Below, one piece after another: positions 1-12,694 of a stretch of DNA of 64,000 bases. Source of the DNA: Octopus vulgaris (Eukaryota); NCBI GenBank assembly GCA_951406725.2, contig OX597824.1, positions 79,918,001 to 79,982,000 of the forward strand. The letters are read 5' to 3'. Under the pieces are notes generated by a model, which was not told where the DNA came from, searched no databases, and was given only the letters and a program-made list of their open reading frames with translations. A program made the translations under genes and the position numbers. Position 1 is the first letter of the stretch, and every line of letters starts with the position of its first letter.

Positions 1-39
1 AGCCCTCAGGGTCATTGAGGTACACGGCCCAACATAGCG

Positions 40-245
40 CACCACGAGGCTCGGGCAGGGGGTGGGTGGCGACCCCAGTTGTACTCTTTCGCTCCAACTT
101 TCTCTCACTCTTTCTTCCTGTTTCTTGAATAACGCTGCGATGGACTGGCGTCTCGTCCAGCTGGGGGGAACACATACGCCATAGAAATCGGGAAACGGGG
201 TCCATGAGCCTGGCTAGGCTTGAAAAGGGCGCATAAATAATAAAA
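40..245 (+). mobile_element. 3' part of a SINE: family-A-like central domain, then a V-domain-like segment and an AATAA tail
   Basis: ccacgaggctcgggcagggg...ctttctctcactctttcttcctgtttct matches the SINE-A body (2395-2478). It is followed by gcgatggactggcgtctcgtccag, which resembles the V-SINE domain as I recall it and is also seen at 19986-20012. Confidence 0.65.
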
Positions 246-802
246 TGTGTGTGGTGAGTATACGTGAAGTTTTATATAAGCGCAGGAATGAAAAATCTCT
301 TTATTGTCATTATGACGTCATAATAACGGTAACGTTTGTCAAGAGATTTGGTTTGAAGAAAATTTCACCTTCATTCAAACTTACGCCGTGACTAGATGCT
401 AGGGAATGTGTGTCCAGGAGACTAACCAAAACACCTAAAGACTAATGCGCAGTCAATGCCAAGTCCACTTGGTTTTTAGTGTCTGTAGGAAAGATTTACG
501 CATTTTTGAGTTCCTAAACACCCTCTGCAACATATCTGTTGGTGCCATGATATTGTTACAAGGTGTACGGTAGGTTTCTTGCTGGGCCGCGTAAGCTTTC
601 ACGTTCTGTATTGGAGCCCTGGGTCTTCCAATCAGCAACATATATATATCATACTTGATACATTCACACAAAATATTTTACTTTTCACAATTGCGTGAAT
701 GTAATGAGAATGTAGCATTAAATAACAACAAAAAAGGATGAATATACGAAACAATGGTTGCTCAACACAGCGATACGTATGTCAACTGAATATGACTATA
801 AA

Positions 803-1124
803 AGGAAACCCGTCGGTCCTGAATGACCATGGGATTGCACCTAGAAAGTTACTCTCCGAGGCATAAGTTCGAACAAGGTTGTTTATGGAAGACCAGCAAT
901 CGCTCCGCCTTTCCATCCCACCGATGTTATCCAAGGGAAAGGCGAAGGGGCCGATACAGCTTGGCACCAGTGACGTCACAACTCATTTCTACAGCTGAGT
1001 GAACTGGAGCAACGTGAAATAAAATGTCTTGCTCAAGAACACAACACATAGCCCGGTCCGGAATTCGAACTCACAACCTCATGATTGTGAGCCCGACGCT
1101 CTAACCACTGAGCTATGCACCTTC
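803..1124 (-). mobile_element. tRNA-derived SINE, family D
   Basis: Minus-strand head tagctcagtggttagagcg...gagttcgaattcc (A and B boxes). 13-bp TSD atatgactataaa at 790-802 and 1125-1137. Homologous to 12695-13015. Confidence 0.9.
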
Positions 1125-1150
1125 ATATGACTATAAACATGGTGAATATT

Positions 1151-1364
1151 AAGGCGTTGAGCTGGCAGAATCGTTAGCACGTCGGGCAAAATACTTAGCA
1201 GTATTTCGTCAGTCATTACATTTTAAGTTCGAATTCCGCCGAGGTCGACTTTGCCTTTCATCCTTTCGGGGTTGATAAATTAAGTACCAGTTGCGTACTG
1301 GGGTCGATCTAATCGACTGGCTCCCTCCCCCAAAATTTAGGGCCTTGTGCCTAGTGTAGAAAAT
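1151..1364 (+). mobile_element. tRNA-derived SINE, family B (MetaSINE-like central motif)
   Basis: ggcgttgagctggcagaatcgttagc...gttcgaattcc...gcctttcatcctttcggggttgataaattaagtaccag. 19-bp near-perfect TSD at 1132-1150 and 1365-1383. Confidence 0.9.
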
Positions 1365-1672
1365 TATAAACACGGTGAGTATTTTGATAACACAGTTTTG
1401 TTATTTCTGTAATACAATTAAATAGTTTCTTCATTATTTGTTTAGTCAACTTCTTATATTACCATAATTGCACACCTAAGACCACAGAAGACTTTCGTTA
1501 CGAGTTTTTATGTGTCTCGCCCCATGTCAATGAAAGTGTATGTTTTGTGTGTAGCTGTCGATGTCCTCTCTGTTTGATCTCTTACCCAGTCAATGTTTTT
1601 CTGAAATTCCCCTCTCTCTCTCTATCTCTATCTCCCTCTCTCTCCCCCTCTCCCTCTTCATATATATATATA

Positions 1673-1738
1673 TAATCACACTGAGGAGAATAATAGATAC
1701 ATATAATTTACTTTAAATTCGAAACGCGTCTGTGATTA
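1673..1738 (+). ncRNA. Type I minimal hammerhead ribozyme (HHR-1)
   Basis: Stem I taatcaca/tgtgatta (8 bp). Core CTGAGGA at 1681-1687. Stem II gaat/attc. GAA, then palindrome ACGCGT, then C; predicted cleavage after GUC (1730). Sits in a ~220-bp island between (TA)n tracts. Confidence 0.88.
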
Positions 1739-1893
1739 ACCGAAGTCGTGTGAATTCATCATCTTTTATTACCTACATAAAAGAGTGTGTTGTCTCGAAA
1801 AGACATTAGCGTCTATTTCTAATTCAGTATATGTCGAGGCACTTAGCTGACCCCTGATTATAACAATGTATATAAGTATATAGTTATAGAATG

Positions 1894-1932
<39 letters not shown>

Positions 1933-1954
1933 TCATTTGTCGAGGCGAAAGAAT

Positions 1955-2836
1955 AAAAAATTTGCCTTACTGTCATTATGACATTATGACGTCATAATGT
2001 CGGAGACGTTTTTCGATAACTTTGGTTTGAAAAAATTCTTCAGTCTCTTTGAATAATTTGCAGTGGTAAGAGGCTAAGGAATACATGGGTCAGCGGGGAA
2101 CATGCAAACATCTGCCGACTAGTGTGAAGTCAACCCCATCTTTATCTAGCCGTTAATGTGTTGAAGTTTGTGAGCTCCTTTTAAGCATCATCTGTAGAAC
2201 GGTGCGGTTACGTAACCGTATAAACTCTCAGCCATGTTCTACCAGTACCGGAGAACTGGGGATTCTAATTACAAGTGTATTCTTCAGGCGCAATGGCCCA
2301 GTGGTTAGGGCAGCGGACTCGCGGTCATAGGATCGCGGTTTCGATTCCCAGACCGGGCGTTGTGAGTGTTTATTGAGCGAAAACACCTAAAGCTCCACGA
2401 GGCTCCGGCAGGGGATGGTGGTGATCCCTGCTGTACTCTTTCACCACAACTTTCTCTCACTCTTACTTCCTGTTTCTGTTGTACCTGTATTTCAAGGGGC
2501 CGGCCTTGTCACTCTCTGTGTCATGCTGAATATCCCCGAGAACTACGTTAAGGGTACACGTGTCTGTGGAGTGCTCAGCCACTTACACGTTAATTTCACG
2601 AGCAGGCTGTTCCGTTGATTCGGATCAACCGGAACCCTCGTCGTCGTAACCGACGGAGTGCTTCTAACCAAACCTTCACTCACGATACAGTTGTATAAAT
2701 TAATTTACTGTACACAATTGTTTCACAGTAAAGAGAAGTTAACGTTAAATAACAATAGGAAATGACGAATACGAAAATATGGTTACGAAACAGTTATACA
2801 ATATGTAAAATAGAATATGACTACGAACATGGTGAG
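1955..2836 (+). pseudogene. Decayed exon-like unit, copy 2, interrupted by a SINE-A
   Basis: Paralogous to 286-1383. Translation fragments LQW*EAKEYMGQRGTCKHLPT and ICKIEYDYEH, then G|GTGAGT donor at about 2831. Confidence 0.35.
2286..2672 (+). mobile_element. tRNA-derived SINE, family A (~385 bp, young)
   Basis: A box tggcccagtgg and B box gtttcgattcc. Nearly identical to five other copies in the window. Confidence 0.95.
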
Positions 2837-2973
2837 TATTTTAATAACACAGAAGCTTGTTACTATTTCTTGAGAATATTATATAGTTAACAACAATTGC
2901 AGCGTGGGAGGTGTTTATAAGCCATTTAAGAAATACACAAAGCCGTTAGATTCACTTCAACATTTAAATTTAA

Positions 2974-3024
2974 TTTGTCAAAATATTTTCGTCGCTTTGA
3001 CACCGCGACCTGTTCACTGACAAA
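2974..3024 (-). ncRNA. Hammerhead ribozyme variant with G3:C8 core (HHR-2)
   Basis: Minus strand: tttgtca GTGAACA g gtcgc-ggtgtcaaa-gcgac GAA AATATT T tgacaaa. 7-bp stem I, 5-bp stem II, palindromic stem III, core GUGAACA in place of CUGANGA. Confidence 0.75.
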
Positions 3025-3047
3025 AATTCGTGCTGCATGCAAGTACA

Positions 3048-3452
3048 TACTCTTTTACTCTTTTACTCTTTTACTTGTTTCAGTCATTTGACTGCGGCCA
3101 TGCTGGAGCACCACCTTTAATCGAGTAACTCGACCCCGGGACTTATTCTTTGTAAGCCCAGTACTTATTCTATCGGTCTCTTTTGCCGAACCGCTAAGTG
3201 ACGGGGACGTAAACACACAAGCATGGGTTGTCAAGCAATGCTAGGGGGACAAATACAGACACACAAACACACACATATATACATATATATATATACGACG
3301 GGTTTCTTTCAGTTTCCGTCTACCAAAGCAACTCACAAGGCTTTGGTCGGCCCGAGACTATAGTAGAAGACACTTGCCCAAGGTGCCACGCAGTGGGACT
3401 GAACCCGGAACCATGTGGTTAGTAAACAAGCTACTTACCACACAGCCACTCC
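3048..3452 (-). mobile_element. tRNA-derived SINE, family C (internal TA/TG microsatellite, (TAAAAGAG)n tail)
   Basis: Minus head ggagtggctgtgtggtaag...gggttcagtcccactgcgtggcaccttgggcaagtgtc. Matches the full copy at 51765-52175. Confidence 0.9.
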
Positions 3453-3821
3453 GTAAATTTATAGTTACTTCTGTAATAAAGTAAAACAGTTTTTGTTTTT
3501 ATTATTTGTATGATAAACTTTTTATAACACCCTAGCCTGTAACTCGTTCACTTATGTTGTTGGTTAGAAGTGTGTATGTGTTTGGGCCTGTGTGAATATG
3601 TGTATGTTTGTCTATGTGAGTGTATCTGCCAGTCTCTTTCGTTTTCTCTCTCTTTCTCTTGCACATCCACGTAGACTCACACAAAACGTCTCTTCCTTTC
3701 ATTCTTCTCCACACACATAGTCACGCACACAAATACACACGCACGCACACGCACTCACACTTATAGACACATATACACGTGCATCTATATCCATATATAT
3801 ACATCCGTTCATCCATTCATA

Positions 3822-3853
3822 TATATATATAATACATATATATATATATAATA

Positions 3854-3886
<33 letters not shown>

Positions 3887-3979
3887 TGTATGTATGTATG
3901 TATGTATGTATGTATGTATGTATGTATGTATGTATGTATGCATGCATGCATGCATGCATGTATATATGTAAGTATGTAT

Positions 3980-4025
<46 letters not shown>

Positions 4026-4100
4026 GTCTATCTATCAATATATATATTTATTTATTTATGCATACATATATATATATATATACGTACATACATGTATATA
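3822..4100. repeat. Compound microsatellite (TA)n/(TATG)n/(TATC)n
   Basis: Direct inspection. Confidence 0.95.
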
Positions 4101-4760
4101 CACGTTACGCACAAACGCACCAATCTACCTGACCTATAACTGAAATTTCCCCCTCTTTGGTTTTCTGTCATAGTATAGCTAAGACTACATGATCGAATGT
4201 GTCCATTATTTTGCCTTTAAAAGGCACATGTGTGTTTTTTTACAGACAATTAAGGGAGATTTTTTTATAGATGTTGCGGATATAATTTAGTGATATTCTT
4301 GGCAGGTCAAAAGCCTTGCTGTTCAGAAGTTAGACGAGAGAAGTCCGACAAAGGGATTCTTTTCGTGTTTTTGGCGCTTCCGAGACTTGAGGGAGCTAAA
4401 ATTGAAGTTATACTTAAACCGGATTTCCAGCTACAATGCTTTCAACAGACCGGACTCTTGATAAAGGAAGCCAAAGGCTGCAGCTGACCGGTTTAGCGTC
4501 CATACGAAAAAATATATACGCCACAGAATGAACCTGTTGCTCGGAAAGAACTTTTGATCTTTATATTTATATATATATATATATAATAATAAATATTAGG
4601 GAATGAATCCAAAATTACAGGGAAAAATCAGATTTAGGGTTAAATCCAATTTTATAGTAAAATATTATATAATATAATTCGAGACAAAACCACTATTTTA
4701 AAACCAAACAAGGAAAGACTTAATCAATACATAAAATTTTAATATAAATTAAATAAACCG

Positions 4761-4804
4761 CCACTACAAATGTTTCATGTCTGCTACCGACAATCTTCAG
4801 GTGG
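4761..4804 (-). ncRNA. Type I minimal hammerhead ribozyme (HHR-3)
   Basis: Minus: ccac CTGAAGA t tgtc-ggtagca-gaca t GAA ACATTTGT A gtgg. Near-palindromic stem III, GUA site. Lies in a ~320-bp AT-rich island (4585-4902) between (TA)n tracts. Confidence 0.75.
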
Positions 4805-4898
4805 ATTTTCGATCTAAAAATAGCAATATTTTAAAATATAATTTAAAATAATTTAAAATAATAAAACAATAAAATTATCAATGAAAGAATGTAAAAAA

Positions 4899-4952
<54 letters not shown>

Positions 4953-4996
4953 TGATAGATAAAGAAATGGACGGTGGTTGGTGAGATAAATAGATA

Positions 4997-5043
<47 letters not shown>

Positions 5044-5195
5044 TTTAGAGGGATGAAATAATTGATGGATGGATGTGTATGTGCGGATGTACGCACATCA
5101 TAAGTATTAATCTTCTGTAAATATTTTGAAGGGAAATTGTACAACGAAAGAAATGATGTGAATCGAACCACGGATGTACGCTTCTTTGATTTGAG

Positions 5196-5240
<45 letters not shown>

Positions 5241-5360
5241 CCCCCTTAATCTGAAACTCTCAGGCCTTAAGTCACACGCTAATTTCTCCAGATTATTAAA
5301 GAAAACAAAACTATTTATACTCAAGTCTTGGTGTTCTGTTTTACAGTTTGCATCACCAAA

Positions 5361-5427
<67 letters not shown>

Positions 5428-5444
5428 ATACGCACATATAAATG

Positions 5445-5475
<31 letters not shown>

Positions 5476-5558
5476 GCATACACATACATATATACATATA
5501 TATGCATGTATGTATATGTATATATATATATATATACATGTATCTATCTATTTATGTA

Positions 5559-5614
<56 letters not shown>

Positions 5615-5770
5615 CATACATACATACATACATACTTGCATATGTACATTTGTTCTTGTATTATCCACAGGGAAGTGGAAACAACAAAATGAACGAAATT
5701 AATAGATTGGTAAGTTGATAGGTATATATATATATATATATATATGTATCTATATAATATATATCTCTTT

Positions 5771-5818
<48 letters not shown>

Positions 5819-6265
5819 CATTAGTATATCTTACCATAAATATGTGGTTGGATATATATATCTGTATCTCGTATGTGTGGGGGTGTGGGTGGGTGTATTT
5901 GCAACAATAAGAAGAGCAGTATTATCTGAATTCATTAAAATCTCCAAAAGCCCTACTTGAAATACGTTCGTGTGATATTACCATAAACCGTATAATTATG
6001 GAATAATTTAAAAAAGAATTCATTATAAAATACAAATTGTTATTTTTAAAGCGTTGTTTATTATTCTTCCTTTTCGTTTTTTTTCTTATTTATTTTTTAT
6101 TTATTTATTTATTTATTTATTAATTATTTTTTTTTTACAAATAACTTTCTATGAAAAAATAAATTCTCATTTAGCCGCAATCTAAGTTAAACTCATTTGC
6201 ATGCATTGTTGAGGAAATATTAGAAAATATTGGAAAAAATCGTCCATCTTCAAATTTGAAAGATA

Positions 6266-6374
<109 letters not shown>

Positions 6375-8588
6375 CAAAAAAAAAAGTAGATACAAAGGAC
6401 AAGAAATTCCAAAATAATTATATTTCAAATTATTTATTTCATCAAAACCTCTTTTCTTGGTTCTCCTGTGTAAAATTTCCGGAAGAAAAATTAAAATTTT
6501 AGGCAGAGAAACAAGAAGAGTATAACAATAAAAATATGTAAAAAATATATTAAAAAAATATATCTGAAGAGGTTTATTTCCATTTTGTATATTCTGACTT
6601 CTTGTATGAGACAAGTAGCATTTCAAACGTTCATCGCCATCTAGCTGTTGATTAACAGGAAATATACGAGTCTTGCAGCTGAGTGATTTGACTGGATTTG
6701 GACTGGGTAAAGATTGGGTGTGGTTGATAATTAAAGAGGAGGTGTCGAAGGGATCTAGATACCAGCCCTACCAAACCAGCAATGTAACTTTTCTTCTGTC
6801 TGTCTGTCTGTTTTTCTTTCTGCCTGTCTGTCTGTATATTTCTCTCTCTCTTTGTCTCTCTCTTTCTCTGCCTTTCTTCTTATTTTCCTACCGTATGAAG
6901 CAATGTTGTTACTTTCGTTATGGCCACATAACGAAATCACGCGTTTCTGGGTTCGATGCCTCTGCTTCGTACTTTGATCAAGCATTCTTTACTATATCTT
7001 CGGGTCTAGGAAAACGGAAGTAACGAAGATGAACTGAAATAGTAAAATGAGATGCAAGCCCTAGTTCCCGGGCAACCATCAGCAAAAAAAAAAACAAAAA
7101 CATAAAAACTTTAAGGATAGCCAGAGAAATCCCTATATGCTTACAGTTAGAAGTAGATAAGCAAAACGTCTTGTCCCCAAATGATAACACCAATTGTCTG
7201 TCCGTCTGTCTGTCTGTCCGTCCGTCTCTCGTTTTCCCTCTCTCCCCGTCTTGGCCCAACAGATAGATTTTGTGCCTGAATACCTTTGGGCAAGGCAGCC
7301 TTCGTTTCAGTGGCCAAAAAAAAAAAAATGGTCGAGTGTCTCTCTTTAACTCTTTTATCTATCAACTTACCTTCGCTATCTAAAACTACCTAGTGCTACT
7401 TTTTCTCTCTATTTTACTTTCAACTATAATTATATTTTTCAGGTTCATCAGCCTTTACAGTTTATAACTGCTCGCGTTGATTCCTTCTTAATTAGTTCGC
7501 TAATCCTTTCGTTCTTGGTTGTCCGACCCTTAAACGACACGGTCAGTTTTCAGCATCCGAATCCATGCCTAAAACTTTTATTATCTAGGTTAATAGTATT
7601 GAACTAACCTCAGAATTAAGGTTTGTGTAGTCAACTATTGAATCATGTGATCAATTTACACTACACTATATCATACCTGTCAAACATCATAACAATTATC
7701 CTAAATACACCTGAACGATTCGCTATGATTTGCTACGTTTATGCAATTAAGCGAATCGAGACGAGCTGTTTGATTCAGTAACAAATTCCACAACCTTTGC
7801 AAATAATATCTTTATTCATTGATTGATTCTGTCGCTACCTTCACTAATAGTTTGTCTTTCTGAGATTTATGGTGTACTCCACTCACCAGAAAAGTGTTTT
7901 TCCCTGTTTTCTGTTTTGAAGTCGTTCTGTTCTGTCGATTTCATATTGTCCTTCTGAACTCTTGTGAAAGCGAGCAAATTGGAGCAGACAACGGTGTTTT
8001 CGTCGAAGGATTCAACCTTTCTTGGTCTTTAGATTGGCCATCATCTTATAAATCCATTCTTTCTCTTATTACTTGGTTGCCACAGTAAGTTCACCGTATA
8101 TAAAATCATGAGTAACCCATCATCGGAAAGCGTTGCTCGCGGTTTCTGATTTTCTCTATGCGAGAAGACATTTCTGGGTTCAGTGGTCGCTTACGTTGTT
8201 CGTAATTAGGAAAAAGATAGACGGGGACTTTTCAGTCAGCATAAATCTCTGCTCTAGATATACGTACTAAAGCTTATTTATTAAAAGCTGATGATTCTCC
8301 TCCGTTGTTCATTTGTTCAAGTGATAAGATAATCGAATGAAATAGTGAATCGTCGACTTTAATTAAATGCATATATATTCTTTTCGTGCTTTCAATTATG
8401 CTGAAGATTGCAACCGTACTGTAGCATTTCTTTTTAGTCGTTTAAATCGACTCCTCAGCAGAGATTAACGGTGATATAAATGTAGAAGCCTTGTTTCCTT
8501 TCCTTCTGAATACAAACAATAGAAGCCATCAGCTGCTATTGGTCTTGTTTTTTCGTTTCTCTTTAATTTCTCTCTGTTTTCTTTTAAT

Positions 8589-8996
8589 GGATGGATGGAA
8601 GCACTCCGTCGGTTACGACGACGAGGGTTTCGGTTGATCCGAATCAACGGAACAGCCTGCTCGTGAAATTAACGTGTAAGTGGCTGAGCACTCCACAGAC
8701 ACGTGTACCCTTAACGTAGTTCTCGGGGATGTTCAGCGTGACATAGAGAGTGACAAGGCCGGCCCTTTGAAATACTGGTACAAGAGAAACAGGAAGTAAG
8801 ACTGGTACAGAGAAACAGGAAGTTAGTGGTGTGATGAAAGAGTACAGCAGGGATCACCACCATCCCCTGCCGGAGCCTCGTGGAGCTTTAGGTGTTTTCG
8901 CTCAATAAACACTCACAACGCCCGGTCTGGGAATCGAAACCGCGATCCTATGACCGCGAGTCCGCTGCCCTAAGCACTGGGCGATTGCGCCTCCAC
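8589..8996 (-). mobile_element. SINE family A, full length
   Basis: Reverse complement of the family A consensus. 12-bp TSD ttttcttttaat at 8577-8588 and 8997-9008. (TCCA)n tail and a small internal duplication near 8774-8825. Confidence 0.95.
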
Positions 8997-9104
8997 TTTT
9001 CTTTTAATAGACATACATGCAGTACTTCAAATTTCTTCCCTCAACAAAAGCAGAACAAAATTAAATAAATGACAAGCGAATAAGAAATTGTCATGAACTT
9101 CATT

Positions 9105-9185
9105 AGCTTACAGCTGTTTCAGTCATAACATAAAATGTACTCATAGCTGAGTGCTTGTATACCGCCCTATAGCTTCATCAGAGCT
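9105..9185 (-). ncRNA. Type I hammerhead ribozyme with long stem II insert (HHR-4)
   Basis: Minus: agct CTGATGA ag...(~50 nt)...ct GAA ACAGCTGT A agct. Palindromic stem III ACAGCTGT, GUA site. Stem II base partly mismatched. Confidence 0.75.
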
Positions 9186-9831
9186 TCAAAAGTGAAGTGC
9201 GATTATATTAGGGAGAACCTCTACTTTATATATATATATTTGCGCGAGGACCTAGAAATACCTGGTATAGTGCCCAGGCGCGCAGAAAGCCTACCAGGGT
9301 GGATCAGACCCTTTAGTGTTGACTCTCACAACTGATCTAGGAGACGGAACACTCTTACAAGAAAATCCTGCGATCGTTTTATCATCTGACGTGTGGCACA
9401 CTGTGCACCTGTACAGGCCATGTTAATTCGATGGAGAGAGAGTGCTTTGTTCAGCACAAGCAATGACCACTTTAAACAAGTCAAAGTGCCGGTTGTTCAG
9501 TAAACCATTTTCACTAAATAACACCTGAGGTTTGGCGCATCGATGTGTGCTTTTTTTTTATTAAATCCTAGGGTGATAATGGGATTATGACAGGAACAGG
9601 TGAAGGATGTCACTGGTAGTTCCTAACATGAACATTGCACATAGGTGGTGGAAGGTAGATGGCCGTTTTGCACAACACCTGCAAGTAATTGTGTGACTCG
9701 TGTCCTCCTTTCATAACAAGCAGCCCTTTTTAGGATGGCACTGCTTTCCTCTTTATGGAGAGGGGCCTATAAAAAATGACCTAAACATTGCTTACTTGCT
9801 CGAAGGTACACACATGCGGTGTCACAAGGCT

Positions 9832-10194
<363 letters not shown>

Positions 10195-10196
<2 letters not shown>

Positions 10197-11760
10197 TTTT
10201 CTCTTCTCTTTCCTCTGATTCTTTGGTCTAGTCTTCCACTACCCTCCTATTTCTTTGTCTCGCTCTGCACTCACAGGTCATTCTTCGACACCCATCCCTT
10301 CTCCTCTCTGATTCCTTCTTTCTCTCTCTTCTCTCTCTTTGTTGCGTTTGTCCTTCCTCTCTCTCTCTCCTCTCTCTCTCTCTTCCTTTGCTTCTCTTTC
10401 TTTTCTTTTCCCTCTTCTCTGTCACGTGACTGTTGGCCGAAATCTGCCTTTCAGCTTCTGACCCTCGTCTTGTTAACATCGCTGTTTTCGTCCGCCACTA
10501 TAAAGGCTTTTTCCATTGCGCCAGAGAAAAAATTTGTTTGCTTGTTATCAGTCGTAAGACACTGTTGTTTTCACCGTTAATGCTTCTGTATTTCTTGTTC
10601 TGTATTCCATTATTGTTTTTTGTTTTTTTATATCTGTCCCTTTTGCTGTCCTGGTGTTCGTATGCATTCGATCCTTCTTCCAGGAAATCTACGCTTCCAG
10701 CTTAGTTTTTCTAATGCTCGTTGCTTGGTTTTTCTTGGAGGGCTGGCCGTGATCTAGTAATCTCAAGATTAATCAGCCGAAATTACTACGATGATCCGGT
10801 TCTTGACTGAAGACTGAGGGTTTCGAATGTCCTGTCCGTGTTTATTGTGTCGTCTTCTAAGAGTTATACGTTCTTGTCCATGTTGTATTTTTCTACATAC
10901 CTTAACATATATTCCAGGCGCCCCGTACCCCCCTTAACATTTATGTGAGCACATATTCTTAATAATTGGTACGACTCTCTGTTTGTCTCTCTCTCTCTCT
11001 CATTTTTACTTGATCTGTCCCCCTCTCTCTCTTTTCTCTCTACTCATCCTCTTTTTCTCTTCTCTTTCCTCTGATTCTTTGGTCTAGTCTTCCACTACCC
11101 TCCTATTTCTTTGTCTCGCTCTGCACTCACAGGTCATTCTTCGACACCCATCCCTTCTCCTCTCTGATTCCTTCTTTCTCTCTCTTCTCTCTCTTTGTTG
11201 CGTTTGTCCTTCCTCTCTCTCTCTCCTCTCTCTCTCTCTTCCTTTGCTTCTCTTTCTTTTCTTTTCCTCTTCTCTGTCACGTGACTGTTGGCCGAAATCT
11301 GCCTTTCAGCTTCTGACCCTCGTCTTGTTAACATCGCTGTTTTCGTCCGCCACTATAAAGGCTTTTTCCATTGCGCCAGAGAAAAAATTTGTTTGCTTGT
11401 TATCAGTCGTAAGACACTGTTGTTTTCACCGTTAATGCTTCTGTATTTCTTGTTCTGTATTCCATTATTGTTTTTTGTTTTTTTATATCTGTCCCTTTTG
11501 CTGTCCTGGTGTTCGTATGCATTCGATCCTTCTTCCAGGAAATCTACGCTTCCAGCTTAGTTTTTCTAATGCTCGTTGCTTGGTTTTTCTTGGAGGGCTG
11601 GCCGTGATCTAGTAATCTCAAGATTAATCAGCCGAAATTACTACGATGATCCGGTTCTTGACTGAAGACTGAGGGTTTCGAATGTCCTGTCCGTGTTTAT
11701 TGTGTCGTCTTCTAAGAGTTATACGTTCTTGTCCATGTTGTATTTTTCTACATACCTTAA
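10195..11760 (+). repeat. Tandem ~710-bp direct duplication (10195-10905 and 11051-11760) with a 145-bp spacer, bounded by (TA)n
   Basis: Identical 90-aa ORFs at 10433 and 11288 (offset 855). Only a 1-bp indel seen by eye. Confidence 0.95.
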
Positions 11761-11807
11761 TATATATATATATATATATATATAAATATACATATACATA
11801 TACATAT

Positions 11808-11844
<37 letters not shown>

Positions 11845-11849
11845 AATAT

Positions 11850-12061
11850 ATATGTGTGTGTGTTTGTGTGTCTGTGTTTGTCCTCCCAAAATCGCTTGAC
11901 ATCCGATGGTGGTGTATTTACGTCCCCGTAACTTAGCGGTTCGGCAACAGAGATCGATAGAATAAGTACTAGGTTTACAAAGAATAAGTGCTGGGGGGTC
12001 GATGTGTTCGACGAAACGTAGTGCTTCAGCATGGCTGCAGCCAAATGACTGAAACAAGTAA

Positions 12062-12063
<2 letters not shown>
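11850..12063 (+). mobile_element. SINE family C, 3' half
   Basis: cgcttgac...ccccgtaacttagcggttcggc...cagcatggctgcagccaaatgactgaaacaagtaaaag. Confidence 0.85.
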
Positions 12064-12120
<57 letters not shown>

Positions 12121-12694
12121 CATGGAAATAATCAACACCGAAAAATGCATGAAAATATAAAAAATATACAGGAAATGAAGCAAGGAGTTTCAGGGGCAGA
12201 AGTCCCCACCACCACTTTCTCTGGGAGAATCTTATTTCTATACTTATTTCTTCATTTCTTCTTTTGTCCTTCAACTTGCCTTAGTTCTAGTTAAATGTCG
12301 AGGAGTTTTATACTTCCTGTCTCCATCCATAAGATTCCGCTATAGTGGAAGCAGAAGGGGTGGGGGTTATATGCTGAAGAGACACTGGAAACTCAAGAGG
12401 TTTGTAGCCTTGGCAGTCTTATGCGCAGCTAACCAGCCTTACCGCTTGTCTGTCTGTCTGTCTATTTGATTTTTCACGTACGGATTGTATCAGTCAGTGA
12501 TATGAGTATGTGTATGTGACTGTAAGGGTGTGAGTGAGCGAAAATGAGTATGTGTGAATCTGTATATGTATAACGATAATGGGTTAGGATATTATGTTTA
12601 TTTTGATTTTCGACATATGGTTATAATGATAAATCTAGTAATCATTAATTTTATTGACAGATACGTGTACAACAAATAAATTAAACACAATTAG

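Larger units (their letters stand above)
286..1383 (+). pseudogene. Decayed exon-like unit, copy 1 (C-type-lectin-like hints), interrupted by two SINEs
   Basis: Aligns by eye with 1955-2836. Frameshifted translation gives (W)LDARE.CVQ..HL.T ... NCV ... GCSTQRYVCQ.EYDYKH, then a G|GTGAGT-type donor. Many stops. Confidence 0.35.

Noticed and set aside
2286-2358. tRNA-like cloverleaf at SINE heads
   Set aside because: The A and B boxes continue into ~300 bp of SINE body with TSDs, so these are not tRNA genes.
7880-8050. Possible ancient LINE RT fragment on the minus strand (…YEID…DFK…)
   Set aside because: Too degenerate to call by eye; needs an HMM search.
10735-10840. Hammerhead in the duplicated unit (ggctg...cagcc GAAA; CTGAAGA...GAA)
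   Set aside because: The core and GAAA elements are not in a compatible order with stems I-III, and there is no palindromic stem III.
12374-12410. CTGAAGA gacactg GAAAC
   Set aside because: No stem II pairing and no convincing stem I.
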